Source: a virus (lineage: Duplodnaviria; Caudoviricetes). From it: 28,453 bases of DNA. Shown one piece after another: positions 24,988 to 28,453 of this stretch. Each line of letters starts with the position of its first letter. Within the stretch, counting starts at the first letter, position 1. The stretch spans positions 1-28,453 of the IMG/VR virus record IMGVR_UViG_3300044724_001100; one strand, given 5' to 3'. The translations under genes were made by a program, and so were the position numbers. The notes beneath the pieces are model-generated. The model was not told the origin of the DNA, searched no databases, and was given only the letters and a program-made list of their open reading frames with translations.

Positions 24988-26816
24988 TATATATCCATCC
25001 AGTTACCACCACGCCTTATAAAAGGATTAGGCTTTTTTGGTTTTTCTTCTTTTGTTTTTTCTGTAGCACGGTTTAGTTTCTCGTGCAGTATTCTTAAATT
25101 TACATTTAAGATATTGTAAGCTGCGAAGGCATAACATAAGCAATCCCACGCTTCATTTCTTGCACGTTTTTTAACCCATTGGCTTCTACGTACACCTCTA
25201 ACAACTTTCTCAGTTCTACTTTCACTAGCTAGTTGTCTAAAATATTCTTCATCTAAATGATCAGGTAGATGTATATATCCACTACCTTCTTCAGTTATCT
25301 TTAAACGTCCATACACGTGGTTCTTAATAGTATCTGAACCTACTGGATATAAACGAACCTTACCGGTGTTATTTCTACTAGGTCTACCTACCATTGGTCT
25401 ACCTTCACCGCCTACACCTTTAATAGCAAAATAACGGCGGTCTACTTTCTTTTTTGTATAATCATAAGTTTGCTGTGTAAAGTGACCACCGCTATCTATA
25501 CAAGCACACTTAATAGACAACTCAATGCCTTTAGGATGCATGTATTTTTCTTCTAGTATCTCCGTTAACTCATCCCATAATTGAGGAGTTGAAGGATCAC
25601 CAAAAATAATTTTATGATCTATAATATATACTTGTTCATCTCTACAGAAACCAGTAATGGTAATCTCTAATCTATCGTCTTGTACGTCTACCCCAGCTAC
25701 TAAAAGAACTACATCTTCAGGTAAATCTTTACCCCAATTATAAGCACGTTTTCTTAGTTGGTATTCTTCGACTTTTTCGCCTTCGTTTTCGTCCCAGCTT
25801 TCTGCGAGGACGGTGTTGACGAACACTCGCAACGTTTCCGGAAGATTTTTTGCTTGAAGGAAATGAGTAGCGATTTCACCCATTGTAGACCAGCTACTAT
25901 ATAACCCATTAAGATGGAAGCTAGCTGTACCAGTAAATTTACTATTCGCTTTCCAGTAGCCACGCTTAATGTTAGCAAGCCTTTTGCTATCGTCCCAAGC
26001 GCTTCCACATTCATTACAAACGTATACAGCTTTCTCAGGTTCTCCTTCATTCCATTTAACATTTTTCCACTCCAATTCTGACTCATGTTCACAATCGTGA
26101 CATGGTACAATAAATTTTCTTTGATCACCTTGTAGGTAAGCGTTTTCTATCTTACTACTACCTTTAGTTGTTGGTGTACTAACTAACGCTATCTTACGAT
26201 TATAAAAATTACTGGTACGTCTTGTACCTAACGCAATTATATCACCTTCTGTAGTTCCTAATACAGAATATCTATCTATCTCATCACATAATAAAATTCT
26301 TATTGGTCTACTACTAACACTAGCAGCAGAATTACTACCAACTAAATCTAGTGAACCACCAGTAAACGATTTAGCATAGATAGTATTATTACTATCTCTT
26401 GATCTAGCTGGTAAAACTTTGTGAGTTAAACTAGCTGTATCACGTATCATTGGACTAATTCTATTCTTACTAAACGTACCTGCCATTTGTAATGTTGGTT
26501 GAATCATCAATATAGGTGATGGATCAATATCAACATGAAAGCCTATTATGTTTAATAAGAGTTCTGTTTTACCTATCTGACTAGCTGACATCACAACTAT
26601 ACGTTCAACTGATGGATCAGTAAAACAATCCATAATCTCACGTTGAAATTCTGCTCTACTTGTATTCCATTTACCAGCTTCAGCACTAGCTTCAGAACTT
26701 AAGTATCTATTCTTGTCTGCCCATTGACTTACGGTGTACTTTGGTGGAGGTCTTAGCATCATCATTGCTTGACGTGTTGTCTCTACTATATTCTCCGTTG
26801 GCACTTGTATTGTCAT
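24987..26816 (-). CDS. terL: Terminase large subunit, lambda gpA family
   Basis: SQWADKNR, Walker A SASQIGKTE, Walker B ILLCDEID, STPT, CxxC...CxxC, nuclease GVDVQ, IDSGG, RNEAWDC. Confidence 0.97.
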   Translation of the reverse strand: MTIQVPTENIVETTRQAMMMLRPPPKYTVSQWADKNRYLSSEASAEAGKWNTSRAEFQREIMDCFTDPSVERIVVMSASQIGKTELLLNIIGFHVDIDPSPILMIQPTLQMAGTFSKNRISPMIRDTASLTHKVLPARSRDSNNTIYAKSFTGGSLDLVGSNSAASVSSRPIRILLCDEIDRYSVLGTTEGDIIALGTRRTSNFYNRKIALVSTPTTKGSSKIENAYLQGDQRKFIVPCHDCEHESELEWKNVKWNEGEPEKAVYVCNECGSAWDDSKRLANIKRGYWKANSKFTGTASFHLNGLYSSWSTMGEIATHFLQAKNLPETLRVFVNTVLAESWDENEGEKVEEYQLRKRAYNWGKDLPEDVVLLVAGVDVQDDRLEITITGFCRDEQVYIIDHKIIFGDPSTPQLWDELTEILEEKYMHPKGIELSIKCACIDSGGHFTQQTYDYTKKKVDRRYFAIKGVGGEGRPMVGRPSRNNTGKVRLYPVGSDTIKNHVYGRLKITEEGSGYIHLPDHLDEEYFRQLASESRTEKVVRGVRRSQWVKKRARNEAWDCLCYAFAAYNILNVNLRILHEKLNRATEKTKEEKPKKPNPFIRRGGNWMDI

Positions 26817-27291
26817 ACGATTCTACATCCGTTTCAGATAGTTCAATCAATACTTCATCAACTGAATTTTCTAATGTTGCTCTAACTTCATTTATATTTC
26901 TACTAGCAAATACATCACCAGCTACTTTAGATGGTAGTGATAATAGTTTAGCTTTTATTAGTCCTGTTATACTTCCCCATACCTGAGCTACATGATCTTT
27001 ATGAACTAACTCAGATGCTTTTTGAGCTGCGTCTAATTCTAATAGTTCCGCTCTTGCCTTCTCTACTCTTAGTTTAGCATTAGCAATATCGGAGTCTGCA
27101 TCTAATTCTAAAGATAACGATCTAAGGTATTTTATATAACCTTGAATAGAACCAACTAAAGGATAACGTCCACGCTTACCATCAATCTTAGGAATGTGAC
27201 CTGCTTTCGCTAATTGCTGTACACGCCTTTCGCTTAAATCAAGTATTAATGCAATTTCTTTGCAAGACTTGTTACTCCCAGTTTTCTCCAT
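26707..27291 (-). CDS. terS: Terminase small subunit, Nu1-like
   Basis: N-terminal wHTH (EIALILDLSERRVQQL..G.IP), coiled coil, LLSLP; upstream of terL. Confidence 0.88.
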   Translation of the reverse strand: MEKTGSNKSCKEIALILDLSERRVQQLAKAGHIPKIDGKRGRYPLVGSIQGYIKYLRSLSLELDADSDIANAKLRVEKARAELLELDAAQKASELVHKDHVAQVWGSITGLIKAKLLSLPSKVAGDVFASRNINEVRATLENSVDEVLIELSETDVESYDNTSANGEYSRDNTSSNDDAKTSTKVHRKSMGRQE

Positions 27292-27429
27292 TTTTTAAAA
27301 CCTTTTGTTTTTAAATTTGTTTGAGTTCAAACGAACTCGTACTAAGATTTTCTGTGACTAGCAGAGAATCGTTCTCGAGAAATACCCTCTGATCAATTAT
27401 CCATAAAGTACCTTTTGATAACCCTTATA
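27292..27429. other. Candidate cos (packaging initiation) region
   Basis: Non-coding gap directly upstream of a Nu1-like terS, as in lambda. Palindrome TTCTCGAGAA at 27372-27381 and dyad GAGTTC-N4-GAACTC at 27323-27338. Confidence 0.5.
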
Positions 27430-28143
27430 TTACCTCACTTTTACTAACTTTGATTTAAACTTCTTGTTAAATTGAAACTTAATCTGTTTCTGTAATTGTT
27501 TTTCAAGTATCTTAGGTATGAATGTTCGTGTTAATTTATCAAATGGAAATAACTTATTAAAGGTTTGTCTAGGTGTAAACTTAGCTACCATTCTTATTTT
27601 TTTATTCTTTTGAGTTCCATATCTTTCCCATATACCATTAAATCTTTCTCCTTGTTGTCCACCACTAGGAGTACCAAAGAAATATTTTTGTTTGTTTGCC
27701 TTCTTTGTTTTTGTAAACGTTCTAGGAAAGTTACCATACTGATTTAATTTAGAATGTTTAGCAGGTGTTACTATATACTTTCTATTAGGTGTACGTTCAC
27801 CACCATCAGTCTGCAATCTCATATACTTAACACGTCTGTTAGTTCCAGCTGTATCACTACCGCCTTTTATATTTGGTTCACCTTTAACACCTACATAAGC
27901 GACCTTATCATTAACAGTTTTTTGTGAGCTACTTGTTTTAGTAAATCCAAATGCAGTCTCAGTAAATCTAACAGGTTTATCAAATGACTTACTTGTATTC
28001 ATGTTATATAGCTTCATCATCTTACGTGCTGTATCATTCATAGCAAAACCTACCGCCATAGGTAGATCAACACCTTGAAACTTCTTAACTCTTTTAGTAA
28101 CGCTTCTTATGTTAGTTTTTACAGTTATATCTAAGTTTGTCAT
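27430..28143 (-). CDS. Basic gpZ-like tail completion/neck protein
   Basis: LPMAVGFAMNDTA...FDKPVRFT...Y...QTDGGER...GIWER...FPF; AGGAG RBS. Confidence 0.65.
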   Translation of the reverse strand: MTNLDITVKTNIRSVTKRVKKFQGVDLPMAVGFAMNDTARKMMKLYNMNTSKSFDKPVRFTETAFGFTKTSSSQKTVNDKVAYVGVKGEPNIKGGSDTAGTNRRVKYMRLQTDGGERTPNRKYIVTPAKHSKLNQYGNFPRTFTKTKKANKQKYFFGTPSGGQQGERFNGIWERYGTQKNKKIRMVAKFTPRQTFNKLFPFDKLTRTFIPKILEKQLQKQIKFQFNKKFKSKLVKVR

Positions 28144-28161
28144 TTATTCTCCTAAAGTTAT

Positions 28162-28359
28162 GTAGAGCCAATTACCACTAATGGGAAAGCATTTGAGTGA
28201 TAATGTGAGATAGTCCAAAAATATGAAAAAAGGACTACTATTGGCTCTACTGCACTTTGGCACAATTAACTCTTACTGTAGTGTTTAAAGTTAAACAGGG
28301 GAAAGAATACACTATTGGTTAATTGTTGGCAGGTGATATAGACATAATATGTCTCACCT
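28162..28359 (-). ncRNA. Structured late-operon leader RNA candidate (three stem domains)
   Basis: Inverted repeats 28162-72/28240-50 (11 bp), 28211-16/28232-37, 28262-70/28318-26, 28279-84/28309-14, 28331-36/28354-59 and 28340-45/28349-54. Confidence 0.45.
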
Positions 28360-28367
28360 TAATAAAA

Positions 28368-28410
28368 AAATTACGTTGATTTGTACAAAGTTGTCAACAA
28401 TAAAAAAATA
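28368..28410 (-). promoter_or_regulatory. Putative late-operon promoter
   Basis: TTTTTTATTGTTGACA (TTGACA at 28397-28392) then TAATTT 18 nt downstream; TTTGTACAAA palindrome in the spacer. Confidence 0.55.
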
Positions 28411-28453
28411 AATATACTATATGTTGTTAAAACTAAAGAAATCGTTAGGTGAT

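Noticed and set aside
25754-26128. Alternate-frame 124-aa ORF inside terL
   Set aside because: No convincing RBS or motif; fully nested in a conserved terL region.
26707-26816. 110-nt terS/terL overlap as a recoding signal
   Set aside because: The overlapping TerS tail is low-complexity, terS/terL overlaps are common, and no slippery site is evident.
26741-27747. Plus-strand ORFs 26741-26986 and 27565-27747
   Set aside because: Antisense to terS and the gpZ-like gene; no support.
1-28453. tRNA, CRISPR array, integrase, DGR or stop-codon reassignment
   Set aside because: No cloverleaf with T/D-loop consensus, repeat-spacer array, recombinase or reverse transcriptase was seen. Core genes are full-length in the standard code and use all three stop codons.

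Overview
An AT-rich segment of a tailed dsDNA phage genome. It is a siphovirus-like phage with lambda-type DNA packaging; the gene families suggest a marine, low-GC proteobacterial host, but that is inference. Bases 1-2049 (+) are the end of an early recombination module: ERF annealase, SSB-like protein, AlpA/Xis-like HTH protein and PD-(D/E)XK nuclease. Bases 2114-28143 (-) form one long late operon. In transcription order it carries a gpZ-like gene, a candidate cos region, terS and terL (gpA type), then a 6.6-kb fibre cassette, an Ig-gpW fusion, a lambda-type portal and an unknown-domain/protease/capsid polyprotein. These are followed by head-tail and tail genes with a G/GT -1 frameshift, the tape measure, a moron, tail-tip genes, lysis/membrane genes, a degenerate SNase and a metallophosphoesterase. 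Five things stand out. (1) A five-gene fibre module between terL and gpW contains a protein of exactly 15 x 22-aa repeats, a possible ruler for a polymeric neck or head fibre. (2) The tail-tip J-like gene is split in the middle of an FN3 domain by two membrane/lysis genes. (3) A cupredoxin-like domain with all four type-1 copper ligands is inserted in a tail hub protein. (4) A highly structured ~210-nt late leader coexists with an intrinsic terminator inside the tail operon. (5) A T4-T-like GAF-domain holin candidate and a small lipoprotein occur alongside a second, GTA-type holin. All family calls come from motif recognition by eye; no database searches were run.
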